DNA from: Candidatus Obscuribacteraceae bacterium
Lineage (GTDB): Bacteria > Cyanobacteriota > Vampirovibrionia > Obscuribacterales > Obscuribacteraceae
Direction: 5' to 3'
DNA length: 64,000 bases
Assembly: GCA_044226015.1 (NCBI GenBank)
Contig: JBGAHS010000001.1
Location: 1,088,001-1,152,000, forward strand
Shown: one piece after another, positions 19,938 to 30,195 of the stretch
Position numbering within the stretch: position 1 is the stretch's first letter
How the letters are laid out: the number at the start of each line of letters is the position of its first letter
Translations under genes and position numbers: made by a program
The notes under the pieces: model-generated
Told to the model about the DNA's origin: nothing
Databases searched by the model: none
The model's input: only the letters and a program-made list of their open reading frames with translations

Positions 19938-22745
19938 ATGTGGAAAGTGCTGCTTGCACTTGTATGTCTGGTAATTCTAGTGGTGCCGTCAGTCACCTGG
20001 TGGGTCACGCAACGCCCAGTTCCAGTGCTCGAGGGAATCGGCTCCGTCAACGGCTTATCTAAGCCGGCTCTGGTCAGATATGACGGGAGGGCAATTCCGT
20101 ACGTCAAAGCTGAGACTGACGAAGACGTTTATGCTGCGCAGGGTTATGTTGTGGCACGAGAGCGCATGTTCCAGATGGATATGCTTCGTCGGGCTGCGGA
20201 AGGGCGCTTTTCGCAGGTCTATGGCATCTCCGCGCTGCTGACTGATCGAATGAATCGAACAATCGGTTTCGAGCGTCTTGCAAAAGAAGAGTTGAAGAGT
20301 TTGACTCCGCAAGCTCGTAATGCACTACAAGCTTATTGCCGTGGTGTCAATGCGTACCTGACAGAGAATGACGACAAACTTTCTGTTGAATTTACTGCTC
20401 TCGGTTACAAGCCTGCTCCCTGGCGTGAAATCGACACATTGGCAGTCATGAAGTATCTAGCTTATGAGCTAGATGAGTCATGGAAACTTGATGAATTGCG
20501 CTGGCGAATCACGACACAGGTCGGTGACAATATGGCCGCCAAGCTATTCGAAGACAACTACTCTGTAAGTTCGTGGAGTCCAGACCTTGCTATTTCCGGT
20601 GTTGCAAAATCAACTTTAATAAGAGCCGCCGCACAACCTATTAAGCAGGCAGGTGCAGATTCGTCTCCACTTCCATCGCCGGGTGCGCCTTCAACAGCGG
20701 CGCCTGCTGGGGCTCCAGCTCGGGGAACTGTACTGAGAACGCCCGGGCGAGTTCTCAATCCATCAAATTCTAGAATGATGGGACCATCAGGTTCTACTCA
20801 AAACACTGCACCAAATGTAGTGCCATCGACATCATCACCCCAGACTCTCGGTCCTGATCATTCACCTTTGCGGATAAGTTCTCTTTCTGGTGCGCAGTCG
20901 AACGCAGCGGTTTCGTATAGCCGCAGTTCAAGAGGGACCGCGAGCAACCTGGCAAAGAGAGCCTTGCCCACTGTGAGTGCTGGCTTAGGGCAGGGCATTC
21001 ATCAATTAGCTGCTCAGCCACCATTCTTCCGCAAACCAGATAGAACCTGGGGAAGTACAAACTGGGTTCTTTCTCCGGCATATTCAAAATCTGGTGGCGT
21101 AATGCTTGCTTGTGATAAGCACTCTGCGCTGACTTTCCCTTGCGAGTTCTTTCTGATTTCATTGAGTTCTGCAAACTTGCATGTTGCTGGTGCCACCCTT
21201 CCAGGTGTGCCAGGCGTAGTGTTCGGAAGGAACGATCGCATCTGCTGGTCAAGTTCATCAATGCATGCTGACGTGCAAGATTTGTTTGTTGAACATTTCA
21301 CATCTGAGGTAGAAAACAAATACAAATCGACTAGCAAAATCGAAACAGCTCAGGAATTCAGAGAAGCCATACCCGTGAGATTTGGTGCCGATGTTGAGCA
21401 TAAAGTGACGATAACCCGCCATGGTCCTGTTTTATTCCGTGATAAGGACAGTGGAATTTCGCTTAATTGGTCAGGCTATGAAACAAAGAAACCGTGGCTA
21501 AACACGATATGTGCAATCAATCGCTCAACTGATTGGAATGACTTCCTCAAGAACTTGAGCATTTATGGCGGACCTCCTCAATTGTTCGTCTACGGCGACA
21601 AGTCTGGTCACATCGGCTGCCATGCTGCGGGTGATGTGCCGGTGCGAGCTGGTGGTGGACAAGGCACCACGATGACAGAAGGCTGGAATACCACTGGCGA
21701 TTGGGTCAGCATGGTCGATTTTACTGAGTTGCCTCAGACCTTCATTCCTGCGGGCTCTGCTCCGCGACCTTCAGGCGATTTCTGCATCGCTGCTGGTCAA
21801 AAAATATATTCGATACCAGCTACAGCGAGTCGATATGGACAGCTATGGGGACATCAGTGGGATTCGCCTTACCGAGCCGATCGTTTGGCTCTGTCGCTTC
21901 CAAAAGGAAAGAATGGACAGAAACTAGATTTGCTCGACTTCAGTGCCTATCAGGGAGACCAGCTACAGATGTTGGCGAAGCTGGTGGTCGATGAGTTGAA
22001 GAAAGCCATGGATGCAAGCAAATCGATTGACGCATCGCAGACCAAGGCAATGGAGCTCATGCAACATTGGGACCTGATCGTTAAAGAAGACTCGGCGGCA
22101 GCAAGCTGTTTTGAATCATATGTTGGAACTCTCGCTCGACGCATTCTCGAACCCAAGCTTGGAAAACAGACTACAGATGAATACTTCCAGCACTGGCCGT
22201 TGTGGACTACGCTGGTTGAACACTATCTGCGCACCAAAGACAAAGACTTGACGCCGACAGAGGAAAGAATTCCAGACACGTTTCTGATTACGACGTTTGC
22301 GAAATCAAATACGAGACTTAAACAGTACTTCAATAGTGAAGACGTTAAAGACTGGCTCTGGGGCAAGGCTCACCTGGCTAATTTCAAATTGGTCGGAATG
22401 TATGACGGAGCGAAATGGTTGCACAATTTGCTTGATATTAAAGGAGTACAGGTTGGCGGCGACAGTAATTGTTTGAACGCATGCGATATTGATAGAACGA
22501 TTCAGTCTGGTCCATTTCAAGCAAAGAATGGTCCCACCGTTAGACTCTTGATCGATCTTGCAGACGATGACACGTTCTATGGCAACCTGGCTTTAGGACA
22601 ATCAGGGCATTACAGCTCTCCTTTTAAACAAGACCAACTGAAGTCATGGTTACAGGCAAACCCATTGCCTATCGCATTTTCAGAAGCACAAGTTGAGAAG
22701 CAATGTCGGCAGAAGTTTTACCTTTCTGCACCCGGCAGCAGATAA
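19938..22745 (+). CDS. Penicillin acylase family (Ntn-hydrolase) protein
   Basis: YAAQGYVVARERMFQMD, AYCRGVNAY, beta-chain start WG-STNW, TRHGPV, GQSGH; N-terminal TM anchor. Confidence 0.88.
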   Translation: MWKVLLALVCLVILVVPSVTWWVTQRPVPVLEGIGSVNGLSKPALVRYDGRAIPYVKAETDEDVYAAQGYVVARERMFQMDMLRRAAEGRFSQVYGISALLTDRMNRTIGFERLAKEELKSLTPQARNALQAYCRGVNAYLTENDDKLSVEFTALGYKPAPWREIDTLAVMKYLAYELDESWKLDELRWRITTQVGDNMAAKLFEDNYSVSSWSPDLAISGVAKSTLIRAAAQPIKQAGADSSPLPSPGAPSTAAPAGAPARGTVLRTPGRVLNPSNSRMMGPSGSTQNTAPNVVPSTSSPQTLGPDHSPLRISSLSGAQSNAAVSYSRSSRGTASNLAKRALPTVSAGLGQGIHQLAAQPPFFRKPDRTWGSTNWVLSPAYSKSGGVMLACDKHSALTFPCEFFLISLSSANLHVAGATLPGVPGVVFGRNDRICWSSSSMHADVQDLFVEHFTSEVENKYKSTSKIETAQEFREAIPVRFGADVEHKVTITRHGPVLFRDKDSGISLNWSGYETKKPWLNTICAINRSTDWNDFLKNLSIYGGPPQLFVYGDKSGHIGCHAAGDVPVRAGGGQGTTMTEGWNTTGDWVSMVDFTELPQTFIPAGSAPRPSGDFCIAAGQKIYSIPATASRYGQLWGHQWDSPYRADRLALSLPKGKNGQKLDLLDFSAYQGDQLQMLAKLVVDELKKAMDASKSIDASQTKAMELMQHWDLIVKEDSAAASCFESYVGTLARRILEPKLGKQTTDEYFQHWPLWTTLVEHYLRTKDKDLTPTEERIPDTFLITTFAKSNTRLKQYFNSEDVKDWLWGKAHLANFKLVGMYDGAKWLHNLLDIKGVQVGGDSNCLNACDIDRTIQSGPFQAKNGPTVRLLIDLADDDTFYGNLALGQSGHYSSPFKQDQLKSWLQANPLPIAFSEAQVEKQCRQKFYLSAPGSR

Positions 22746-22758
22746 CTGAGGAAAAAAA

Positions 22759-24366
22759 ATGGCTAGAGTACTGGTAGCAGATGAGATTAGTCCTGAGGGA
22801 ATCGAGCTTATGAAACGCTCGGTTGACGTGGATTACATTCCTGACGTGAGTCATGAAAAGTTGTTGGAAATAATTCCACAGTACGATGCTCTGCTAGTTC
22901 GAAGTCGCTGCAAAGTTACTCGTGATGTTCTCGAGAAATCTGTGAACTTGCGCATCGTTGGGCGTGCCGGAGTCGGTGTCGACAACATCGATTTGCAAGC
23001 TGCAACAGAAAAAGGAGTTCTGGTGATCAATTCACCTGAAGGGAATACTGCAAGCGCCTCAGAGCATACAATCGCATTAATGATGTCATTGTCACGACAG
23101 ATTCCCACAGCCGACTCTTCTATGAAAGATGGACGGTGGGATCGCAACAAGTTTATGGGTTCGGAACTTTTCAACAAGACTCTCGGTATTGTCGGGCTCG
23201 GAAAAATTGGAAGTCGCGTTGCAAATACTGCTCAGGCATTGGGCATGAAAGTAATTGCATTTGACCCATTTATGAGTGCTGAAAAAATTCGCGAGTTGAA
23301 TGTTAGGGCTGCGACATTGCAGGAAATTTGGGAAGAATCTGATTACATCACTTTGCACACCCCAAAAACAAAAGATACTGCGGGCATGATAAACGCAGAT
23401 GTGCTCAACAAGATGAAGAAGAATGTTCGCATTGTGAACGCGGCTCGTGGTGGGCTTATCGACGAAGCAGCTCTTGCTGCAGCAATTAAAGATGGACGCA
23501 TAGCGGGGGCGGCTCTCGATGTCTTTTCTGAAGAGCCTCTGAAAGAGTCAGTATTGCGTGAACTCGGTACAAAGGTGGTTTTGACTCCACACCTCGGCGC
23601 TTCTACCGAAGAAGCTCAGTTCAACGTGGCAATTGATATTGCTGAGCAAATTAGCGATTACCTCACAGGTAAGCATGTTCGCAGCCCCGTCAATTTGCCG
23701 TCGATGAGACCAGAAGTATTGAAGCAACTGGGTAAGTTTGTTTGGCTTGCTGAAGCTATGGCCGCTGTTGCCGGAGAGTTTCTGCAAGGCAACATAAAGG
23801 AAATAGATATTGTGGTGAGCGGCGACCTCGCGAAGAAGGACACAGCTCCTCTGGCGACAGCTGCATTGCGTGGGCTTTTCGCATCCAGAATGGAAGGCGT
23901 GACCTATGTGAATGCTCCAATCGTCGCTAAGAACCATGGTGTTTCTGTTAAACAAAGCAATCTCGGAAGTGATAGCGAGCGTTCAGAAATTATTCTCACC
24001 CTCAAAGGTGACAATGGTGTCTCGCGCTTGACCGGAACTGTTCTTGCGCATGATGAGCCTCTCATCACTCGCATCAACGATTTCCCGATCAACCTTACAC
24101 CTCAGAGGTACATGCTGTTTACCAGCCATCGCGATCAACCAGGTATGGTTGCTAAAGTGGCAGGTTTGCTAGGCGAATTCGATGTAAACATAAGCACTAT
24201 GTCTGTGGCCCGTGTCGGCGTGCGAGAGGAAGCCGTTATGGTCATGGGCTTAGACGATTATCTGAACAAGCGTCTTCTAGGAGACATTGAAAAAGCAGAT
24301 GGAATCCATTTGGCACGATTTGTTTCACTAGATCACCTTCCGCAAGAGACGGTGAAGCTCAGGTAA
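22759..24366 (+). CDS. serA: D-3-phosphoglycerate dehydrogenase
   Basis: GRAGVGVDNID, GLGKIG, NAARGGLIDE, TPHLGASTEEAQ, C-terminal ACT domain (DQPGMV). Confidence 0.96.
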   Translation: MARVLVADEISPEGIELMKRSVDVDYIPDVSHEKLLEIIPQYDALLVRSRCKVTRDVLEKSVNLRIVGRAGVGVDNIDLQAATEKGVLVINSPEGNTASASEHTIALMMSLSRQIPTADSSMKDGRWDRNKFMGSELFNKTLGIVGLGKIGSRVANTAQALGMKVIAFDPFMSAEKIRELNVRAATLQEIWEESDYITLHTPKTKDTAGMINADVLNKMKKNVRIVNAARGGLIDEAALAAAIKDGRIAGAALDVFSEEPLKESVLRELGTKVVLTPHLGASTEEAQFNVAIDIAEQISDYLTGKHVRSPVNLPSMRPEVLKQLGKFVWLAEAMAAVAGEFLQGNIKEIDIVVSGDLAKKDTAPLATAALRGLFASRMEGVTYVNAPIVAKNHGVSVKQSNLGSDSERSEIILTLKGDNGVSRLTGTVLAHDEPLITRINDFPINLTPQRYMLFTSHRDQPGMVAKVAGLLGEFDVNISTMSVARVGVREEAVMVMGLDDYLNKRLLGDIEKADGIHLARFVSLDHLPQETVKLR

Positions 24367-24372
24367 TTTCTC

Positions 24373-26949
24373 ATGCTCGCGTCTGTTTCGAAATTAGTAA
24401 GAGTAAGCTGCTTGCTCGTACTCCTTATCGGACAGACGCTTGTATTTTCGTGCTGCTCAAGCCCTGTCTTTGCTCTTGATGTCGAGGGTATGGTTAAAGA
24501 CGGCTTGAAAAATCAAATGCCCAAAGTGATTCAGCAAGAGCCGATTAAGGTTGAACGCAAGGCGCAAAAACTTGACGATCTAATTCCGCGTCAGGACATT
24601 CCTTATAGCTATCCACCGATGATTCCTCTTCAAGGCATCACCATTGGTGGCTTGGGTCCTAAAGCTGTTTTGAGCCTTGGAGAAAACTATTTTGTTGTTC
24701 GCAGTAATTCCGGCGTCACCAGTATGGTTGATCTCTACAAGCAAAACAGGCAGGCTGGCAAAGCGAACTTCGTAACTCTAGACTCAGTCTTGCATCCTTA
24801 TTTCGCGTTTTGTAATCGCGTAAATGCATCCACGATAAAACGCTATCTCTTGCCGCAAATAAAAGCCTTGCTTACATCAATGTTGCGAATTGCGGTGTCT
24901 GATTACAAACAAGCAGATGATGTTGAGGTTCGAACTGACGTTGAATGCAACATTGCCTTTCTCAGCCTTGCCTTGAAACTGATTGACCCTGAATTCGCCA
25001 TACCAGCTCTTGGACGAGTGCCGCAAATGGTACAAACAGACTACGATGCTGTTGTGTTTGCAAAGCCGGGAAAGAGTGCAATCTTCGATCGCAATGAGGA
25101 TTTTACTTGCTATAAGCCACAAGGTTGGTTCCGCAGCAGCCCCGAGCTGACCACATTCTTTAGGGTTAAGACCTGGCTTTCCAGGCTCAGCTATCCTATC
25201 AATGATGTGACCTTTGAAGCTGATGGCATCAAGGTAAATAACTTTCGTCGTTCTGTCTTGCTTTATAGATGCCTTGATCTCGCCCGGGTCGATGGCAAGC
25301 CTGCCTTCGATGCTTGGACAAAGATTATAAAAGGTATGTTCTTACTTGGCTCACAGGTAGAAAATTGGCAAGATAGAAATCTCTATGCTCACGATTACAA
25401 AACTGTTTTCAAAGTAAATAACCAGAGTACAGAATTGAAATGGACTCTCGGTGCCCTGGCAGAGCCGCTCTACAGAACCAAGCTCTTGCTAGCAGTTCGA
25501 AAGCAGAAGCCTTTGAGTTTGGGTTCTACCTCTATTTTTGACCTTGAGGAAACTCAAAAAGCAAAAGAATCAGTTGCCGCATTCCGCTTTATGCCAAACA
25601 TTGGTTCGCCGGAAGACCCGTGGTTGACGTATGCAGCAAGTCTGTATCCCAAACCCGGTATTAGCACCAATGTATTTCCTGTTGGTCTTCTGGATTTGAA
25701 TGCGTGGGGAGCGCCTCAGGCGGCCAATTTCTTACTTGATAGCGCCTGGGCAATGGACGAGAGTATGCCGAAGACTGTCAGCGAACTCAAGCGATGGGTG
25801 TTGCGCAGAGGTCTGGGTGGGCAAGTACAACCAGTTGAAAGTCGAATTTGGGGGTTGCTCTCGCCTAGCTGGCGACTGCTTCCGGAAGGCATTCAAACAG
25901 CGCTGCGTGGTGAGATGTGGGCAAATCGAAGATTGGAAACAGTGCTTGCTGCCTGGCTCGACAGTCAACTTGCAATTGCTCCTCAAAATTATTCGGCAGG
26001 AAGCGGAGGTCCATCGAACTCTGATGTCGCAGCTGGTGACAGTAGTGATGAGGGTGTTGAAAATGCAATGGACAAGATGCCGATAGGTGAAAGCCGTCAT
26101 CGTCCAAGTGCGGCTACTGCAGCAACTAAGAAAATAGATACAGCTGCCGGAAAAAGTGCAGCTGTCGTAACCGGAAACAGCGGTGTCAATCGCGCTGGGA
26201 CTCCCAACTCTAATGCACAAAGCGCGGGCATGCAGAACCCCGGCACTAGCATCAAGACGCCCAATGCAGCGACAGGCTCAAGTTTGAATTCCAGACTGGC
26301 AATTTCAAACAAGAGTATTCCCGAGCGTCCATTGAACGCTGCTGTAGCTGCTAATGCTGTGACTACGCCAAAGCCCATGAAGCCAGCGATGCAACGTAGA
26401 GCCGCCCGCGGACATTTCCTTGACCCCTGTCCTGATGTGTACAACAGATTACTTGCAGACACACAGCGAGTTGATAAAGACCTTACTGCATTGGGCTTTC
26501 CTCTTGACCCCAACTTGAAGAGAGGTCTGGACGACTATACTCGTTTATTCCAGCGACTGGCAAAAATTGCAAAAGATGAGTGTGAGGGACGCACACCAGT
26601 AGCCGAAGATCTAAATCTCTTAGGCAACATTGACTTTATACTCGATAAAATCGATGTGCCACTACCAGCGGTTCTGCCTGTTTACCCTTCTGCAAAATTC
26701 GATGCATCATCTTCTGCTGACGATAAGGGCTTTACTATGTCCTTAGGACGACCCGGTCTTCTATATATTATTTTGATGAATAAGAACACTAAGGAGTGGA
26801 CGCTGGCTCGTGGAGCCGTTTACACCTACTATGAGTCGTTCGGAACAAGTTTGACTGAGGAAGAGTTAGTTTCCAAAATTGATTCTGGAACCATGCCAGT
26901 TCCGTATTGGACCGAACGATTCGATCTCTTGCAAGCGGATAGAAAGTAG
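24373..26949 (+). CDS. Secreted DUF3160-like protein with low-complexity insertion
   Basis: Signal peptide; FVTLDSVLHPY, EDFTCYKPQG, FRFMP, ARGAVYTYYE. Confidence 0.65.
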   Translation: MLASVSKLVRVSCLLVLLIGQTLVFSCCSSPVFALDVEGMVKDGLKNQMPKVIQQEPIKVERKAQKLDDLIPRQDIPYSYPPMIPLQGITIGGLGPKAVLSLGENYFVVRSNSGVTSMVDLYKQNRQAGKANFVTLDSVLHPYFAFCNRVNASTIKRYLLPQIKALLTSMLRIAVSDYKQADDVEVRTDVECNIAFLSLALKLIDPEFAIPALGRVPQMVQTDYDAVVFAKPGKSAIFDRNEDFTCYKPQGWFRSSPELTTFFRVKTWLSRLSYPINDVTFEADGIKVNNFRRSVLLYRCLDLARVDGKPAFDAWTKIIKGMFLLGSQVENWQDRNLYAHDYKTVFKVNNQSTELKWTLGALAEPLYRTKLLLAVRKQKPLSLGSTSIFDLEETQKAKESVAAFRFMPNIGSPEDPWLTYAASLYPKPGISTNVFPVGLLDLNAWGAPQAANFLLDSAWAMDESMPKTVSELKRWVLRRGLGGQVQPVESRIWGLLSPSWRLLPEGIQTALRGEMWANRRLETVLAAWLDSQLAIAPQNYSAGSGGPSNSDVAAGDSSDEGVENAMDKMPIGESRHRPSAATAATKKIDTAAGKSAAVVTGNSGVNRAGTPNSNAQSAGMQNPGTSIKTPNAATGSSLNSRLAISNKSIPERPLNAAVAANAVTTPKPMKPAMQRRAARGHFLDPCPDVYNRLLADTQRVDKDLTALGFPLDPNLKRGLDDYTRLFQRLAKIAKDECEGRTPVAEDLNLLGNIDFILDKIDVPLPAVLPVYPSAKFDASSSADDKGFTMSLGRPGLLYIILMNKNTKEWTLARGAVYTYYESFGTSLTEEELVSKIDSGTMPVPYWTERFDLLQADRK

Positions 26950-27082
26950 TCGAGCGCGAATTGTAAGGATTTTGGATCTTCTGTAAATCGTAAGTAAGAA
27001 GCCCGTTATTTGTTGCTGTCTCGCTAGTTCAGGCATGTCTCTTGCGTGATAAGCTGCGATTAGCGATTGTTGAGGCAAATCT

Positions 27083-27838
27083 ATGACATCATCTTTTCCT
27101 GCAGAGAACAAAACTGCCCTTGAACTTCCCGGAGCGGTGCCATTTGATTCTCAAATCTGGTTGCAGTATTTCAAACAAAACAAAAGCCTTCGATCTGCAA
27201 TACGCTTGCCCGAGCGCATTGAGATAAACGCGGAGCTACGGAAACCATTGTTGCGTTCACTTCAAAAATTTCAGATTGGTGAAACTGGAGAAGGGAGACA
27301 CTTACGTTATTTTGCCAAGCGAACTAATGATTCCTCATATTCGCAGTGTATCGATTTGTTTGTTAAGGAAGAGCAGTCACACGGACAGATGATTGCTGAA
27401 GTTATAGCAGCAATTGATGGACGGGTTCTTTCCTGGCACTGGACTGATTGTGCGTTCATTTTGCTGCGCAGAGTTATGGGGCTAAAAACAGAATTGATGA
27501 TTTGTCTCATAGCCGAAATAATTGGGAAGTGTTTCTATAGGTTGCTTGCAGATCGAATCAACAATACCCAGTTGAGCAATGTTTTTGCTTTCATTGTGTG
27601 TGACGAAATTGCGCACTTGCGTTTTCATTCAGAGTTCTTGAATAAGCAGCTGGGTGCTTATCACTGGCTGCTGAAGTTTTTTGTGTACTATTCCTGGAGC
27701 ATCCTTTTTTATACAGCTTGTTTTGTATTTGTGCTTGACCACAAGGACACACTCAAGAAGCTTGAGCTGAGTCCCCCAGACTTTGTCGGACTTTGTTCGA
27801 AAGAGTTCCAACGGGCAGCCAGATGTGTTTTTAACTAG
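27083..27838 (+). CDS. Ferritin-like domain protein
   Basis: FQIGETGEG, EEQSH, AEIIG..FY, DEIAHLRFH (paired ExxH). Confidence 0.8.
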   Translation: MTSSFPAENKTALELPGAVPFDSQIWLQYFKQNKSLRSAIRLPERIEINAELRKPLLRSLQKFQIGETGEGRHLRYFAKRTNDSSYSQCIDLFVKEEQSHGQMIAEVIAAIDGRVLSWHWTDCAFILLRRVMGLKTELMICLIAEIIGKCFYRLLADRINNTQLSNVFAFIVCDEIAHLRFHSEFLNKQLGAYHWLLKFFVYYSWSILFYTACFVFVLDHKDTLKKLELSPPDFVGLCSKEFQRAARCVFN

Positions 27839-27914
27839 TTTTGCCAACTGCTAATTGATTGTCCAACAAGACTTGCAGTTCAGCATGAGTAGTTTCAGGT
27901 CGAGTTAACGCCGC

Positions 27915-28086
27915 CGCAGACTTGCTGTCACCTATTATTCAATGTCAGATGGGATTCACCAGGGATTCGCTGTATCCACAGTGAGGCGGTTTCACTGCCA
28001 CACGTGATTCACTGTCAAAAGGGTTCGATGCCACGCATGATTTACTGTCAGGCGCGATTCAATATCACACGCGATCTGCTGGCAGC
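27915..28086. repeat. Degenerate ~17-bp tandem repeat array between convergent genes
   Basis: Units such as gcggtttcactgccaca, cgtgattcactgtcaaa, catgatttactgtcagg, cgcgattcaatatcaca, cgcgatctgctggcagc; consensus roughly cgcgattcactgtcaca. Confidence 0.55.
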
Positions 28087-28091
28087 TGAAT

Positions 28092-30080
28092 CTACTGTGC
28101 AGCTCGTCGGCGTGCGGCTTCAATTGCTGCTACCGCATCTGGCTGTTTAAGGCGTTCCATGGTGGAATCATATGCATGTGTTACCAGTTTGTTTAGTGTC
28201 TCCAGCGAAACACTAAACGTCGTTGTCGCCACATCCGGAAGCCCAGTTTCGGCAATTATGTGTCCTTTAGGGTCGGGAAAGCGAGCTTTGAAATCGTTGT
28301 AATAACTCATTTCTCGCATATGCAGGAAGTAATCCCACGGGGCAAGCGGTCCTGTTGGAGGTTGACGAACGAATCCAATCTTTGACACTATGGCTGGTGC
28401 CTGTGAGAGTTGTGCAGGGGTTGGATGGTAATAGAATCCATCTATCAATTCTCTTCCCTGGTACATTACAGGCTTCATATTTAAGCCGTTCGTCGCTGCA
28501 GTCGAGGCTGCCAATGCGGTGGGTAAGTCAATGTTTTTGCCTTCGAAAACAACTGGTGTTTTCGTTATCTTGTCTGCGGCAACAATGCGCAGGTTGTCCT
28601 TTGGTTGAAGCTTGTAGTTATCTACAAATTCCTGAAGCCATGGCTTGAAGTCAATTGAGTAAGGGTAGAGATTCCATGGATCCATTACATGAAAGCACTT
28701 CGCCAGGGTGTCAATGCGTGGGTAACGAAACTCATTGCTCATAAGAATGTTTCTGATTTCTGCAGCCGAATAATTGTTAGCAAATAGTGTTGCAACGAGT
28801 GAGCCACCAGAGACGCCGGTAATCTTTGAAACAGGCACCTTCGCGTCTTCGATAGCTTTCAAAAATCCGGCATGAGCTGGGGCTTCAATGCCACTTGCGC
28901 CTAAAACAATCTCCAGCCCGGGCAACTCACCATCTTTTGGAACTGCATTCTTCGCCGCACGTGGTGCTGCTCCAGATTCCTCGGTTTTCGCCAGAAGTCC
29001 ATCTTTTTTCACAGGCGATGTTGCCAGCTGTTCAAGTAGCTTTGTTTTGCCAGCGTTAGGACTTTCGCCTGCTAGTGCAGCTTCTTTCTTTACTGTTGCT
29101 CTGGCGAGCTGTTCTAGAAAATCGACTTGCGGACCATTTGTTCCACCGTCGGCTTTTATGCCCATCTTCCTGATCGCGTCTTCAACAAGTTTGACTTTCT
29201 CAGCCTCAGTTAAATCTTTGAGGCTGCGCTGACCTGGTTTTCCGTCGAGTTCTATATCATCTGTTTTCTTAGAGACGTTCCTGCTTTCAAGCCACTTAGA
29301 ACCTAATGCAAAGGTTCCGCCAACGAACGCCATGCTCGCCATACTTTCTTTGATTTCTTGTGCGTTGGCCAGTCTGCCTTCTTTTATTGCTGCTGCTTCT
29401 GCGCTTACAAAACCCGCTGGCACACCTGATGCAACTCCTGCAAGAACCTCTGAGCGCAAGGTGGCGGCAACTGGTGAACTCACCATGGTGTTGAGTCCGC
29501 TTTGCTCGATAGCTGAAGCTGCTTTACTTAAGCCCATGCCTAAATATGGGCTGCTGAAGCCGAGCATGGCAAAGGCTGCACCTTGTGCTAGCCCGGTCTT
29601 TCCTTTCTCTTTTACAAAATCGAATGTTCCAAGGTTTGCATCATTTAGTGGCGTAAATAGCGATCCGTAAATCAAGCCGGTTGTACCGGACAGTGCAGCC
29701 TCACGCGACGCGAATTGAAGCATGCTTTGGTTTGCAGCAGCTTCTCCTAGCAGCTTGTTTGCAGCACCGCCAACGGTGGCTCTCAACGCTAAGAAAGGTA
29801 CCATCATACCGACCGCAGAACCTAGTTGTTGCGCATACCAGCGTCCGCTGCCAAACTCGGCATGAGTTGGTGCTTCCACTCCGATGGATCTAAACCCGTT
29901 CTGAACAGCGCTGTCAGCCTTAGCTCCGCCCCATTGTGCGATAGCTCTGACCGGAGACTCAATTCCAGCATATGCGGCTGATTGCAAAAGTTCAGTTGCG
30001 AGACCATGCGACTTTTCAGGCTCTAGCAAACTCGTTTTGCTTAGCCGAACAAGATTATCATTGTGAGCCGCTGACTCCAT
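28092..30080 (-). CDS. Patatin-like phospholipase domain (C-terminal) fused to a Gly/Ala-rich hydrophobic N-terminal region
   Basis: IVLGASG...AHAGFLKAI, nucleophile GVSGG, catalytic LIDG; several glycine-rich hydrophobic helices in the N-terminal region. Confidence 0.82.
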   Translation of the reverse strand: MESAAHNDNLVRLSKTSLLEPEKSHGLATELLQSAAYAGIESPVRAIAQWGGAKADSAVQNGFRSIGVEAPTHAEFGSGRWYAQQLGSAVGMMVPFLALRATVGGAANKLLGEAAANQSMLQFASREAALSGTTGLIYGSLFTPLNDANLGTFDFVKEKGKTGLAQGAAFAMLGFSSPYLGMGLSKAASAIEQSGLNTMVSSPVAATLRSEVLAGVASGVPAGFVSAEAAAIKEGRLANAQEIKESMASMAFVGGTFALGSKWLESRNVSKKTDDIELDGKPGQRSLKDLTEAEKVKLVEDAIRKMGIKADGGTNGPQVDFLEQLARATVKKEAALAGESPNAGKTKLLEQLATSPVKKDGLLAKTEESGAAPRAAKNAVPKDGELPGLEIVLGASGIEAPAHAGFLKAIEDAKVPVSKITGVSGGSLVATLFANNYSAAEIRNILMSNEFRYPRIDTLAKCFHVMDPWNLYPYSIDFKPWLQEFVDNYKLQPKDNLRIVAADKITKTPVVFEGKNIDLPTALAASTAATNGLNMKPVMYQGRELIDGFYYHPTPAQLSQAPAIVSKIGFVRQPPTGPLAPWDYFLHMREMSYYNDFKARFPDPKGHIIAETGLPDVATTTFSVSLETLNKLVTHAYDSTMERLKQPDAVAAIEAARRRAAQ

Positions 30081-30195
30081 TCCACCGCCTGACTTCCAAC
30101 CCTCAGCCAGTGTCTCATTGGGTCATATATCTGTCTGTGGGAAATCCACCACGGACATCCATCCTGTAAAAAAATTCATTAAGAGAGATTGCGAA

